Source: an uncultured Fibrobacterota bacterium
GTDB lineage: Bacteria; Fibrobacterota; Chitinivibrionia; Chitinivibrionales; FEN-1185
Assembly (NCBI GenBank): GCA_963753345.1
Contig: CAVWBU010000024.1
Location: forward strand, 192,001 to 256,000
Direction of reading: 5' to 3'
DNA length: 64,000 bases
Shown: positions 36,257 to 47,123 of the stretch, piece after piece
Numbering within the stretch: the stretch's first letter is position 1
How the letters are laid out: every line of letters starts with the position of its first letter
Notes under the pieces: model-generated
What the model saw: the letters and a program-made list of their open reading frames with translations, nothing else
Database searches by the model: none
What the model was told of the DNA's origin: nothing
Translations under genes and position numbers: made by a program

Positions 36257-39200
36257 CTACTTCACGTACAACGTGAGAAGGCTGTCCAGCCTCCTGCTCA
36301 ATTTCTGCGCGCCGGCGTAATTGAGGTGGTTGGGATCAAAAGCCTCGCTGCCGTCGTAATCGTGGTCGCCGCCGTTGTTCGCGTCGTAGAAATGGACAGC
36401 GGGGTTGGCGCGGCACAGGCTGTCGACCCATTGCGCAACGAGGCCGTACGTTGCGCGCGACGGCCCGTACCTGCCGATGGAAGAGGTGTATTTGTAAAGA
36501 GGGTTCTGGGGATAGTTGACGATAATGAGCTGCATGCCGTGCGCGGCCAGCGTGTCGGCCGTTGCCGCCACGGTGCGCAAGTTGGTCTGGACAAAAGTAT
36601 CGGCAAAGGCGTAATCTCCTTTGTCAATAAGCGTGTCGCCCCACCCGCCCGACAGCCGGGACAGCGTAAACCCCGTCGAATCGACGTCGGGCCAGGAGGC
36701 GGGCGAGAGCGCGGCGATCTTGGACGCGACCTGCGCAGGGATCCCCGCCTTCCAGAAATTGTTTTTCTGATCGAACTGGAACCCCTGCGAATCGTGGAGG
36801 CCGTCGAGAAACGGGTCGCTCCAGTAGTAATTGCTGTTGAGGAACCCAGGGTCGAGGTCCAAAATTACCCCTTTAAGGGGCGAATGCAACAGGAAGTAAT
36901 CCTGGGCCAGCACCTCGGAGAGCAGCAGCTCGCCCATGAACGTGGCCATGTTGACGGCGGAGAAAGACCGGATGGCCGAAGGATCGACACCGTAATACGC
37001 GGGGGAACTTCCCACCACGGCGACCTGGAATGCGGCGCACCGTTTCCAGAACAGCTTGAGCTTCTCGGTGATGGTGAGCTGCGAACCGTAGTTGGCCTCC
37101 ATGGGCACGTCGTACTTGGCAAAATCCACATACGGGTCGGGAACCTCCGACACCTGGGCCGGATCTATCCAAAGGTAAGGGTCGCAGAGTCCGTCGCCCT
37201 GGGCCACTTTGAGGTACGACGAATCCTTGAGCGAAATCAGATACAGGGTGCCGTATGAGCCGGAGCTCTGCTTCGCGATTGCCGCGGCAAAATCCGGATG
37301 ATTCGACCACTTCACATCGTCCCACTCGGCAAAGCCCGAGGGTTTTTCAAACCACTTTTGAACATGGTTGGGACAGGCAACGCACGAATTGCAGACAAAG
37401 ATTATCGCATGGAATCCATACGGTTTTCCAACGACCGTGCTTGTTTTAGAATATCCGAAATCGAGAAACATGAGCTGGTCGGGATTCGAAAGGCTCGGGG
37501 AAATCGACACGTTGCACACCTGAATCGTATCGGCGTTGGTGCCCGAATAGGGCGGGAGGAAATATCGCGACAGGAAATTTTCTTTCACATCATAGAGATA
37601 GGCCCTTGGATACCCGGTGGCAAGATACAGTCCGTTTTTAGAAAATCCCCCGTTAAAGGAACCCTTTGCCGTCACCACCTGAGGTGAGGCGGATATCTTG
37701 CCGGCGGCAATATGCCAAAGCAGGGTGCGTTGGGAAGTCCATTGCGGGTCGTTATCCATGGTGGCTGCCTCGGCGCACACCAGGCTCGTGTCGCCTGTCG
37801 CCGTGTCGACCCACCACGACGGAAAATATGCCGACGCCGAGGCGGAGGTGCGGTCGCTGGGTTTCAGCGAATCGCCGAGCTTCCATACCGTGGTCTGTGA
37901 ACGAGAGGAGAATCCCATGTCTTTTGATCCGTATGCCACGTATGCGCCGTTGGGAGATATCCGCGGCCCGAACGGCGTGGCCGTATCTCCAATCACGCGC
38001 ACGGCCGGCGCGGACGAAGTAAAATCGACGTAGCACACCCTGCGCCTGATGCCGTTATCCTTGACAAAAGCAATTTTGAGCGATGATGTGCCGACAAACG
38101 TGATAAGGTCCGATTTCTCGCAGGTCACGGTGATGCCCAGCGTGTCGCTCGCGTTAACCGGCGGCCTGCCGGACGTGTCCGGAAAGAAAACGCCGAGCAC
38201 CGTGCGGAAACCGATGTGCGGGCTGATCACAAGCGCCGGGGCCTTGTAGGGCTCCTCGCTGCGGCTGCTCGAGCGCAGGAACGACGTGCCGAGCTGAAAG
38301 CAGCCCCCCCGCACCGGTCGCTCGTAGGTCGCCTCGAATTGCTCGAGCGTCAGGTTTGTGGGTCCAATTGTGTTTGTAAGAGGCGAATCGGGGTACGGTG
38401 CGAGCCAGTCATTCACGAACTCGGACACGTTGCCTGCCATGTCGAACAGCCCGAAGGCGTTGGGCCGCGTATGGCCCACCGGGTGCGTGGTGCCTCCTGC
38501 ATTGGTGGAATTCCAGGCATAGGCGCCCGCAGAAGCGGAATCGGCGGTGCTGTCGCCCCAGAAATAATCCGACGTCGTTCCCGCGCGGCACGCGTATTCC
38601 CATTCCGCCTCGGTGGGAAGCCGGTAGCCCATGCGGTCGTATTGCGATCACCAGGTTCTCGAGCATGTAGGGACAGCCCCCCGCCGTAGGGCACACCGCG
38701 TCGTAGGTGTACACTGTGTCGTATCCGTCAATCTTGCTTCGAGCGTTGCAGAACAGGGCCGCATTGTACCAGGTCACGTAATACACCGGGAAGCTGTCGC
38801 CCACGCCGAAGGTCCCCTGCGTGGCATTGGCCGTGGAGGGGTTTGTCCCCATCAGCGACCGGTACATGCCCTGCGTCACTTCGCATTTGTCCATAAAGTA
38901 GGCGTAGGTGAAACGCACCGGGTGCGGCGGCCGCTCGATGTCGTACGACATGCCGCTTTTCGACCCCATCAGGAATACGGCTCCGGCGGACCGGATCTCC
39001 ACCATCTGCGCCGAGCCGGGTCTTTTGGCAAACCTTGCCGTGACGGAAACGTTCTTAGACGCTATGATACGCAATGGATTGGCGGTGGAACGGACGTCCC
39101 CGAAAAATCCAATAAAAACATAGCCGGTGCTCGCGGCAGCAGTCACCACCGCTTCGCTTCCCACAGCCACTTTGCCGCCGACCGGGAAAACAGACACCGT

Positions 39201-39353
39201 GCCGTTGGAATCGACAGACGCGGTGATGGTCACCTTGGCGACGTTCGGGGAACCGAGCTGGTCGAGAGAGCATGAAACAAAGAGGAGGACAATGGCCGCC
39301 ACAATGGCACAAGCGGCACGTATGTTGCATGGAGGTGCATGTTGCTTTGACAT
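36257..39353 (-). CDS. TIGR02171-like lipoprotein (FGE-sulfatase domain, propeller-like middle, SGNH-like C-terminus), frameshifted as sequenced near 38643
   Basis: Lipobox LFVSC. The FGE domain is split between frames (FLMGS, EVTQ, PVYYVTW | YRLPTEAEWEYA, GLFDMAGNVSE). The C-terminus has VVGSS...D.NHLN. Confidence 0.8.
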
Positions 39354-39621
39354 GACGTTATAAATACGTTTGTTCATCATAATGATTGAGCGATTCTTAT
39401 TGATTCGCAGCTGCTTGTCGCAGGAAAAATACATCGGAGGACGGAGCGCGGGAACATAGGCGGCAGGGCTGTCATTGACTTTGTCAGTACGCAAGTTCGT
39501 CCACTTTCAAATCAGAGCGCTGCCCTCCCTCATCCTAGGTTTCCGCCCGATTTACAAAATGTATATTATCACTCACGGTTATTAATTCCGGTTTCTCTCT
39601 CACCCCAAAAGGAACCCCCCC

Positions 39622-41067
39622 TTGCCCGGTCCCGAAAACCTCAATCTCCTCCGCCTGTTCAGGGGCGCCGCGCTGTACGGCGTTTCGGACGTGGTGTTCG
39701 CGCTTGTCAGGTTCCTTCTCATCGCCGTGTACACCCGAATCCTCGCGCCCGCCGAGTTCGGGACCTACGCAATCATCGCGGCCACGCTCCAGCTTGTCTG
39801 CATTGTCGTTCCCGCCTGCATCCCCTCCGCAATGATGGTTTCGTTCAGGGAAAGTGACCCGAAAGGCATGGCCGCGCTCAGAAACACCTCCATGCTGTTT
39901 ATTCTCCAGGTCTGCGTTGCAATCGGCGCGGCTTTCTTTGCATGCGCGCGCACCCTGTTCACGGGCACGGCCGTGTCGTCGCTTGCGGTCTGGCTGATCG
40001 TGTGGGGCGCATCCGACATGCTCTGCATGGTGCCGAAAATGTCGCTACGCTTCAACCAGAAAATCGTCCGGTTTGGCGCTGCGCGGATTCTGCGGGTGGC
40101 GGTGATGGTGGGCGTGCTCCTGTGGCTTGTCGAAGCCCGCGCCGCCGGCCTTGCCGCGATTGTCATTTCGGAAGCCGCGGCCGCTGCGGCAGAACTTGTG
40201 TTCTGCTGCATATTTGACGGGTTTTTGCCGCGACCTGCGCCCCTTGCGGGCCTGGGGACACTGCTCGGGCTGGGCCTGCCGCTCACCGCCGTGGGACTTG
40301 GCGTCTTTCTGAATGACCTTTCGGACAGGTATGTGGTCTTCCTGCTTCTGGGCAAGGAGGCAAACGGTTTTTATGCGGCGGCCGCGAAGATAGCCCTGGC
40401 AGGCTCGTTCTGCGCAGAAGCGTTCAATTCCATGTGGCTCCCCTATTACTTCAGGTATGCTCAGAAAAAGGAGTGTCATGACCAGGAACTGCGTGAGTTT
40501 TCAAAAAAGCTTGTCCTGCTCTTTGGCGCGCTGTTCGGGTTTCTGTGCATCGTGCTGCCCCTCCTGGTGAGCCTCAGGATTCTCGGCAGGGATTTCCTTT
40601 CCCCGGCCTATCGCGGGGTTGCGGTTGTTGTCGCGCCGCTCACGCTTGCGTACTTCTTCAAGATGGCCACGTATGTGTCAACGCCCATTCTCACCTTTCG
40701 TAGGAAAATCCTGAAACTCTCGGCCATCATCTGGACCGCCGCAGCCATAAATATCGCCGCCAACGTGGTCTGGTGCCGCGTGTTCGGGGAATCGCATCTG
40801 TATGCGGCCCTCACCGCAATCGCGCTCATGACCTCCCTGTCCTACGGCGTGTGCATGGTGTGGGTGTCGCGTGACGCCGGTCTGTTTACGATGCGTGACT
40901 GGTTTCTTTCGCCCATGACCCTTTTCTGCGGCGCACTCCTTGTTCCGGCTTTCCTGCCCCTGCCGGTGCTGCTCAGGCTCGGACTGTGGGTCGTGCTTGC
41001 CGCCGTTCTCTATAAGAGGGAGTTTGCAAACAGCAACATACTGGGGCGGCTGATACACGGGGAGTGA
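39622..41067 (+). CDS. Oligosaccharide flippase (Wzx/MOP family)
   Basis: Many TM helices; YTRIL.PAEFG, SDRY.V and G.YAAA.K. Confidence 0.88.
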   Translation: MPGPENLNLLRLFRGAALYGVSDVVFALVRFLLIAVYTRILAPAEFGTYAIIAATLQLVCIVVPACIPSAMMVSFRESDPKGMAALRNTSMLFILQVCVAIGAAFFACARTLFTGTAVSSLAVWLIVWGASDMLCMVPKMSLRFNQKIVRFGAARILRVAVMVGVLLWLVEARAAGLAAIVISEAAAAAAELVFCCIFDGFLPRPAPLAGLGTLLGLGLPLTAVGLGVFLNDLSDRYVVFLLLGKEANGFYAAAAKIALAGSFCAEAFNSMWLPYYFRYAQKKECHDQELREFSKKLVLLFGALFGFLCIVLPLLVSLRILGRDFLSPAYRGVAVVVAPLTLAYFFKMATYVSTPILTFRRKILKLSAIIWTAAAINIAANVVWCRVFGESHLYAALTAIALMTSLSYGVCMVWVSRDAGLFTMRDWFLSPMTLFCGALLVPAFLPLPVLLRLGLWVVLAAVLYKREFANSNILGRLIHGE

Positions 41068-41257
41068 AATGCGCGGCCGGCCGCGGCACATGCACAAAGA
41101 AACATCAAAACGCGTTTCTTAATCGTAATGTCTGTTGCGCTGCGCGGTCATTGCCGAGTTTACGGGGCGGCGCCGCGGGAATTAATTTATCCGTCTTGAC
41201 ATTGTCCGCCGGGCAGCGATCAAGGTCGAACGTCATTTTTTCCAAGAAATTCTTTTC

Positions 41258-43498
41258 ATGAAAAGATCCTCTGTTGCGATCCTCTCTCTCGCGTTGACCG
41301 GGCTGGCAGTCCCTGCGCTCGCTCCGAGCCCGGTCCACGCGGGCACCATCCTCAAACAGTTCGGCTCGTTCAAGGCCGTCAATGCCGTTGTTCCGGCGGG
41401 CAATATGCTTTGGCTTGCCACATCCGGCGGTGTGGTGCGGTACGATAGGACCAGCGGCGCGACCAAAGTCTACGCCGAGGTTTCCGACATTCCGGACCTC
41501 AACATTACTGCCGCGGCGATCGACAATGCCCAGGACCTCTGGTTCGGCACCGGAAGCGGGTTCCTCCTGCGATGCCATCCGCAGACCGAGACATTCACCT
41601 CGTTTAACGCTCTCGCCTCGACCGGTTGGCAAATCGGCTGCCTGGCACGAAGCGGTGGGTTCCTTTTCATTGGCACCCAGAAGGGACTCGGCATTTTCAA
41701 TATTGCGCGGCAGTCATTTCAAAACGCCACCCAATTTGGCACCTCCACCACAGACAGCGTGACCGACGTCCGGGTGTTCGGCGATACCGTCGCCTTCGTG
41801 GTGCCGGACGGCATGGCCTATACCGTGTCGAACAGTTTTGCAAATACCATTTTTTCCGATCCGAGCATCTGGACCTTTGTCCCCTCTCCCGGTGCTTTCG
41901 GAATAGTCCGCCGCGCCGACAGCCTGGTTCCCAGCCCCAGAATTTCGATGCAATCCGGCTCGAACCTGTGGCAATACGGAGGTGGCGGCAACGGTCTGTG
42001 GCTCAACGGGACGCCGGTCGGCATACCCGCAAAGGATTTCGGATCTCCGGTGAGGTGCGTCGCCCCGCTGTCCGATTCTCAGGTGGCCGTGGGCACGCAA
42101 AGCACCTTCTGGTACCTCTGTGATATGGGGAAACAAACCTACGTTCAGCAGACGCTCAACGGCCCCGAGGATTCGTACATTAAAGGGTGCGCGGTCGACA
42201 AGGACGGCGTGCTGTGGTATGTTCCCTACGATCTTACGAACGGCATAGGCAAATTCGACGGGAAGCAGTGGACAAGCTTGACATACCTTACTACGCCGGG
42301 ACTCCCGCCCATGTACGGCGGCCCGTTCGTCAGCAAGAACGGCGTCATGGTTACCTCGCAGAACGACATCTGGGTTTCGACGTTCGCCTATGGCGCCAAA
42401 TGGTTCAACCGGCAAGCCAGCACCTGGACATCATACGAGGACAGCTATTCTCCCTATTACGTGCAGCCGTCTCCCATTGTCCGGTATGCTTCCGACACCA
42501 CGAAGTGGTGGAGCATTGTTTCGTCGGCTTCCGAAGACTCTCTCGGCTACATCTGGCTGGCAAACAACAACGCCTACGACGGAAATTTTCTCCATGTCCG
42601 CAAGCCGCGCGACAATGCCGCGTCCGCATGGCGGAGTTTTAATTTCACCCAGCTCAACGACAACAGATTTCCGCTTGCCATCGGCGCCGTTGCCGCAAAC
42701 CAGAACAGGGCAACCGGTACCCAATACATTTATCTGGGGTTCAACCTGCAAGACGACATGAAGGGCGGAGGCATGGCTATCCTGAGTTATTCGTCGTCGA
42801 ACAGTCCGGTGGATTCGCAGACCCCGGTTCAATTCCAGACAAACGGGGCGAAGTTGTTTTCGGGGTTCGCGGTTATCAACGACACGCTCGTGTGGATCGC
42901 CGTTGAAGACGGGATTTACCGGATAACAAACAACGACATTTCGACCCTTTCCAGGATGAGCGCCATCACCTCAAGCACCACCTTTGACGCGATAGCGGCG
43001 GGTCCGAACGGCAAGCCCGTGTTCTGCAAGGACAACGACCTTTATTCATACAACGACGACGACTCCTCCCTCACCAATCTCACACGATGCGGAACGCTCG
43101 CCTCGCCGGTGAACTGGATCACCTTCGACAGGAAAAGCGGCGCATACTGGATTGCGACGTCGTCCGGGCTGTACCGGTTCCAGGCCGGCGACACCGGCGC
43201 GGTCCAGGCCGGCGCATCGGCGGCAACCATCGACGTATTTCCGAATCCCATTTCGAGGACCGCGCTCCGGAACATGCACCCGATCAGGTTCACCCGGCTC
43301 AACGCGCAGAGCCCGCATGTCCGCATTTACGACGCGTCCGGCACGCTCGTGAAGGTGTTGACGGACCAGAACACCACCATCATCAACTGGAACGGCGCCA
43401 ACAACGCGGGCCGCATCGTGATTCCGGGAGCCTATTTCTACCAGGCGAATTCTTCGAACGGCACGTCGTGCAGGGGGAAGATTTTCATCATTCCGTGA
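41258..43498 (+). CDS. PorZ-like beta-propeller protein with a T9SS-type C-terminal domain
   Basis: Signal peptide, repeated D..G.(L/I)W propeller motifs, and a CTD VFPNP...VRIYDASG.LV...WNG.N..G....PG.Y. Confidence 0.7.
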   Translation: MKRSSVAILSLALTGLAVPALAPSPVHAGTILKQFGSFKAVNAVVPAGNMLWLATSGGVVRYDRTSGATKVYAEVSDIPDLNITAAAIDNAQDLWFGTGSGFLLRCHPQTETFTSFNALASTGWQIGCLARSGGFLFIGTQKGLGIFNIARQSFQNATQFGTSTTDSVTDVRVFGDTVAFVVPDGMAYTVSNSFANTIFSDPSIWTFVPSPGAFGIVRRADSLVPSPRISMQSGSNLWQYGGGGNGLWLNGTPVGIPAKDFGSPVRCVAPLSDSQVAVGTQSTFWYLCDMGKQTYVQQTLNGPEDSYIKGCAVDKDGVLWYVPYDLTNGIGKFDGKQWTSLTYLTTPGLPPMYGGPFVSKNGVMVTSQNDIWVSTFAYGAKWFNRQASTWTSYEDSYSPYYVQPSPIVRYASDTTKWWSIVSSASEDSLGYIWLANNNAYDGNFLHVRKPRDNAASAWRSFNFTQLNDNRFPLAIGAVAANQNRATGTQYIYLGFNLQDDMKGGGMAILSYSSSNSPVDSQTPVQFQTNGAKLFSGFAVINDTLVWIAVEDGIYRITNNDISTLSRMSAITSSTTFDAIAAGPNGKPVFCKDNDLYSYNDDDSSLTNLTRCGTLASPVNWITFDRKSGAYWIATSSGLYRFQAGDTGAVQAGASAATIDVFPNPISRTALRNMHPIRFTRLNAQSPHVRIYDASGTLVKVLTDQNTTIINWNGANNAGRIVIPGAYFYQANSSNGTSCRGKIFIIP

Positions 43499-44603
43499 CC
43501 GGTCCGCCCGAAAGCCGCGCTGCCGTCTCCGGCATCGTCTCCCTCATATACCCCACCATCTTCTCCCACACCTTTGCGTACGAATGGTTTTCCTGTACCC
43601 ACTGCCGCCCGCGCTTTCCCGCCGCGGTCCGGTATTCCTCATCGTCAATCAGCCTGAGCAGCACGTCGTGCAGGGTCTCGCGGTTCGCAAGGACAAAGGG
43701 ATGGTCGGTGAGAAATGAGGCGTATTCCGGGGTGAACTCGGTGACCGTGGGGATGTTCATGGCGAGCGTTTCGAGGGAATTGACGCCGTAGCCGGTGCCG
43801 CCGAAGTTTCCGATTTGTTCAATGGCAATGTGCGAGCGCGCCTTCTCCGCGATGACGGCGCTGCGGCTCGCGCCCGTGACCATTGCGTATTCGATAGTGC
43901 GCTCCCTTGATAATTGCGCAAGCACCGGCTCGATCAGGTGCGTTCCCTTTGCCGCCGGATTCGACGGCGTGTGGATGATGCGGATTTTCCTGCCGACCTT
44001 CGCGGCGTCCGGCAGCGGGGAACAGTCAAAGGGAATCGCCAGGTAATTCAATTTCGGGTGCAGGGCGAGCAGGTCGAATTCGCTGGTGAGATTGAGGCCG
44101 CTCGCCTCGTCCACCGCCTCCACGATGCCGCGGCCGCGCAGGTCGGGACCGTGATAGTGGCATACGATGGGCCTGCCCATTGCACTGAGTTTTTTCACCC
44201 AGCGCGAATCGCGGAAAAAATCGATGCCGCCGTGGAAATGGTAGATGTCGAACCCGTACAGATCGTACTTCTTTGCAAGGCGGGAAAACTCCACGGCCCG
44301 CCACTCGTCGCGCAGGGCGAGACAGGCTGCCTCGACAGGATTAGCCGGTTTGTATTCGTGCACGCCGCCGCAAGAGGCTTTCTGCACGATGCTTCGCTCT
44401 GCCTGCGCCTCGCGTCTCGCCCGCAACGCGTGCAGCCAGCGCGGATCAAACAGCCGCTTGTTAAGGCAAATATCTTCGGGAATGTTGCCCCGGTGCTTGT
44501 AGAGGGTAAGGAGCCGGCCCTGGTGACCCATTGCCTCGTACACTTTGCAGAAAGTCAGCGGAACGTTGACCGTGTTGAAATAGGAGAAATGAAGGCTTTT
44601 CAC
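43488..44603 (-). CDS. GT-B fold glycosyltransferase
   Basis: Motifs HYHG.DLR, HTPSN...KGT and YGVNSLE.LAM.IP. Confidence 0.8.
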   Translation of the reverse strand: MKSLHFSYFNTVNVPLTFCKVYEAMGHQGRLLTLYKHRGNIPEDICLNKRLFDPRWLHALRARREAQAERSIVQKASCGGVHEYKPANPVEAACLALRDEWRAVEFSRLAKKYDLYGFDIYHFHGGIDFFRDSRWVKKLSAMGRPIVCHYHGPDLRGRGIVEAVDEASGLNLTSEFDLLALHPKLNYLAIPFDCSPLPDAAKVGRKIRIIHTPSNPAAKGTHLIEPVLAQLSRERTIEYAMVTGASRSAVIAEKARSHIAIEQIGNFGGTGYGVNSLETLAMNIPTVTEFTPEYASFLTDHPFVLANRETLHDVLLRLIDDEEYRTAAGKRGRQWVQENHSYAKVWEKMVGYMRETMPETAARLSGGPVTE

Positions 44604-45769
44604 GCTGCGGGCCCCTCCATCGCTTCTTTTATGAAATCAAGATACACCTTCTTCTCGTTTTCCCAGCAGAACTTTTCCGCGGCCGCGAGGCAGTTTTTCT
44701 TGTACGCGGCAAGGTCCGGAAACACGGCAAGGAATCCGGCAAGGGCTTCGCGGATGCTTTCCACGCTCGACGGCGACACCACCCAGCCGAGCTTCCACTG
44801 GCGAACGATCCGCGAGATTTCCGGCCCGTCGCTGGCGATCACGGGGATCCCTGCGTTGACATAATCAAACAGCTTGCTGGGGAGCGTGATCGTCATGTTG
44901 AGGCCGCGGGTCTCATGGATCACCTGGCCAAGATCAGCGTCTTTGAGGTAGTGCGCGAACTCGTCGCTTTTCACCGGATCAAGTAAATGCACCCTGGACG
45001 GAAGCCCGAGCCTCGCGGCCTCTGCCGCGAGATGCTCCCGGTAACCGCCCGCTCCAACGAGCACGAAATGCAGGGAGGGCAGCGGCTCCATGGCGCGCAG
45101 GAGCGGAAGGAGTCCCCGGTTCTCAGCGATCTCTCCTTTGTAAATTACCAGCGGCGTGCCCGCCCCTATGCCGAGGCGCCTGCGAAGCCGGCCGTCCGGC
45201 GCCGCCGCGTAGTCGCTTCTGTTCGGCACGTTGAGGATGGTTGCGGTGCGGGAAAGCGAAAAATCCCTCGCAAGGAGCCGCTCGGTGGTGTTGCACACTG
45301 CCGCGACATTGCGCGCGCGGGCAATGCCCGCGCGTTCGAGCAGATGCCACACGCGGCGCATCACGGGCTTTGCCGCGAGCTGATCCACGCCCTGGAAATA
45401 TTCGAGCGAGAAGTAATTGTACCGCGTCCGGTGGCATGCGGCGGCAATCCTGGCCGGCAGGAGCGCGGGCGGGTCAACCGCTTCGTACAGCCGCGCCTTG
45501 AGGCGGAGCAGCACGAAAATGAGAGAAAAGAAATAGCGGATAAAAAAGAGCTTCCCGCGTATGGATGAAGCCCGGATGGTGATTGGAAACGTGTCTATCC
45601 AGGGCCATGCGGGATCTCCCTGGCCGCGCCTGCTCTCCCATGAAACAAGCGCGACCCTGTATCCTTTTTCGGCGAGCGCGGATGCCTGTCTGTGGAAAAA
45701 AGGATAATACCGAGCGTCGGCGAGATGCACGATGCAGACGTCGTAAGGAGCGCGCGGGATCGGTTTCAT
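44600..45769 (-). CDS. Glycosyltransferase family 4
   Basis: Motifs IYKG.I...RGL and LPSKLFDY..AGIPVIASD. Confidence 0.88.
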   Translation of the reverse strand: MKPIPRAPYDVCIVHLADARYYPFFHRQASALAEKGYRVALVSWESRRGQGDPAWPWIDTFPITIRASSIRGKLFFIRYFFSLIFVLLRLKARLYEAVDPPALLPARIAAACHRTRYNYFSLEYFQGVDQLAAKPVMRRVWHLLERAGIARARNVAAVCNTTERLLARDFSLSRTATILNVPNRSDYAAAPDGRLRRRLGIGAGTPLVIYKGEIAENRGLLPLLRAMEPLPSLHFVLVGAGGYREHLAAEAARLGLPSRVHLLDPVKSDEFAHYLKDADLGQVIHETRGLNMTITLPSKLFDYVNAGIPVIASDGPEISRIVRQWKLGWVVSPSSVESIREALAGFLAVFPDLAAYKKNCLAAAEKFCWENEKKVYLDFIKEAMEGPAA

Positions 45770-45773
45770 AGGT

Positions 45774-46976
45774 TCACCTGCGCGACAGGAGTGAGCGGTA
45801 CACGGCATCTATTCCCGCAAAATGCCCGCTCGGGGAGAATGCCTCGGCCACATGTGCGCGGGCGGCGGCGCCGAGCCTTTTCCTGAGGCCATCGTCGGAT
45901 GCAAGCCGCATCACCCGGTCCGCCGCACCGGCAACATCGTACTGTTTGACAAGAAACCCGTGTTCGCCGCTCACAAAACATTCGCCCACCCCGCCGGAAT
46001 CAAAGGCAACCACGGGGACGGCCATGGCCATTGCCTCGAGAATCACGCCGCCGAGGCCCTCCTGATAGTTCGGGAGGTGCGCCAGCACCGCGGCATGCGA
46101 CAGCATCGCCGGAATCTCCTCGTGCCGCACCTGCCCGATTACGGTTATCGCATGTTCGACGCCCAGATCCTTCATGAGCTTTTCCATGGCATCAAAGTAG
46201 CGCTCGTGGCCCGGCTCCCTGCCTCCCACAATAACATACTGCAAGCGGCCCGGCGCGGCCTTTTCACAGGCCGCGGCCATGCGGATGAAATGTTCGTGGC
46301 CCTTGACACGAAGGAATTTCCCGATGGTGACCACCGCGGGCCTGCCGGCGGCGATACATGCGGGCCGCGGATACTGCCGCGTCGCGTCGAAAAGAAGGGG
46401 GTCGGGGCCCGGGTCATACACGACCGCGGCGCGCCCGGCGCCGAGCCCGCTTTTGCGCAGCACGGCCTGCGAAATGCACACCACTGCATCGGCAAACAGC
46501 GCGCTCCACAAACGGAGCGCGGCCCGCCCCGCAAAGGTCTCGACCGCCCGCCTCACATGGGCCACCACCCGCGCGCCGGAAATCGCCGCGCACGGATAGA
46601 ACGGAGCGTCGATGATGTCGGAAAAATGGACAAGCGCGAATCGCTTCCCCTTCATGAACCGGTACATGCGCCACAGCGCGGCCGGAAGCCCGATAGAGAA
46701 ACGGAAGAACGCCGCACCCCTCCGTGCCGAACGCGCGCGGGAAAACGGGACAATGGATACCGGCACGCCGGCCGCCGAAAGCCTTTCCGCGAATTCACCC
46801 TGTTCCGGAACCACGGCGTGCACCTCGTAGCCCGGGTCCTTCACATACCGCATGATAAGCGCATGCGTGCAGATCGGCATGCCCGTGTCAAAGGATGCCA
46901 CCGACGAGAAGAAACAGATTCTCGTTCTGGAAAGCGTGCCGCCTCCATCGTTCTTCTTTGTTGTGATCTCAGGCAT
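45774..46976 (-). CDS. Glycosyltransferase family 4
   Basis: Motifs IGKF...KG and EGLG.VILEAMA..VPVVA.DSGG. Confidence 0.9.
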   Translation of the reverse strand: MPEITTKKNDGGGTLSRTRICFFSSVASFDTGMPICTHALIMRYVKDPGYEVHAVVPEQGEFAERLSAAGVPVSIVPFSRARSARRGAAFFRFSIGLPAALWRMYRFMKGKRFALVHFSDIIDAPFYPCAAISGARVVAHVRRAVETFAGRAALRLWSALFADAVVCISQAVLRKSGLGAGRAAVVYDPGPDPLLFDATRQYPRPACIAAGRPAVVTIGKFLRVKGHEHFIRMAAACEKAAPGRLQYVIVGGREPGHERYFDAMEKLMKDLGVEHAITVIGQVRHEEIPAMLSHAAVLAHLPNYQEGLGGVILEAMAMAVPVVAFDSGGVGECFVSGEHGFLVKQYDVAGAADRVMRLASDDGLRKRLGAAARAHVAEAFSPSGHFAGIDAVYRSLLSRR

Positions 46977-47123
46977 AAGAACTTTCCATCAGACAAATAT
47001 ACATTTCCGTTCACGGGTTTCGTCCGCGTGCCGTGCCCGCGCACCGCGTCAAGACAAGAAAGGCCGGACCGTTTGCACGGCCCGGCCTGTCACGATGCGC
47101 TTTCTCGGCGCGCATGCTTGCGT

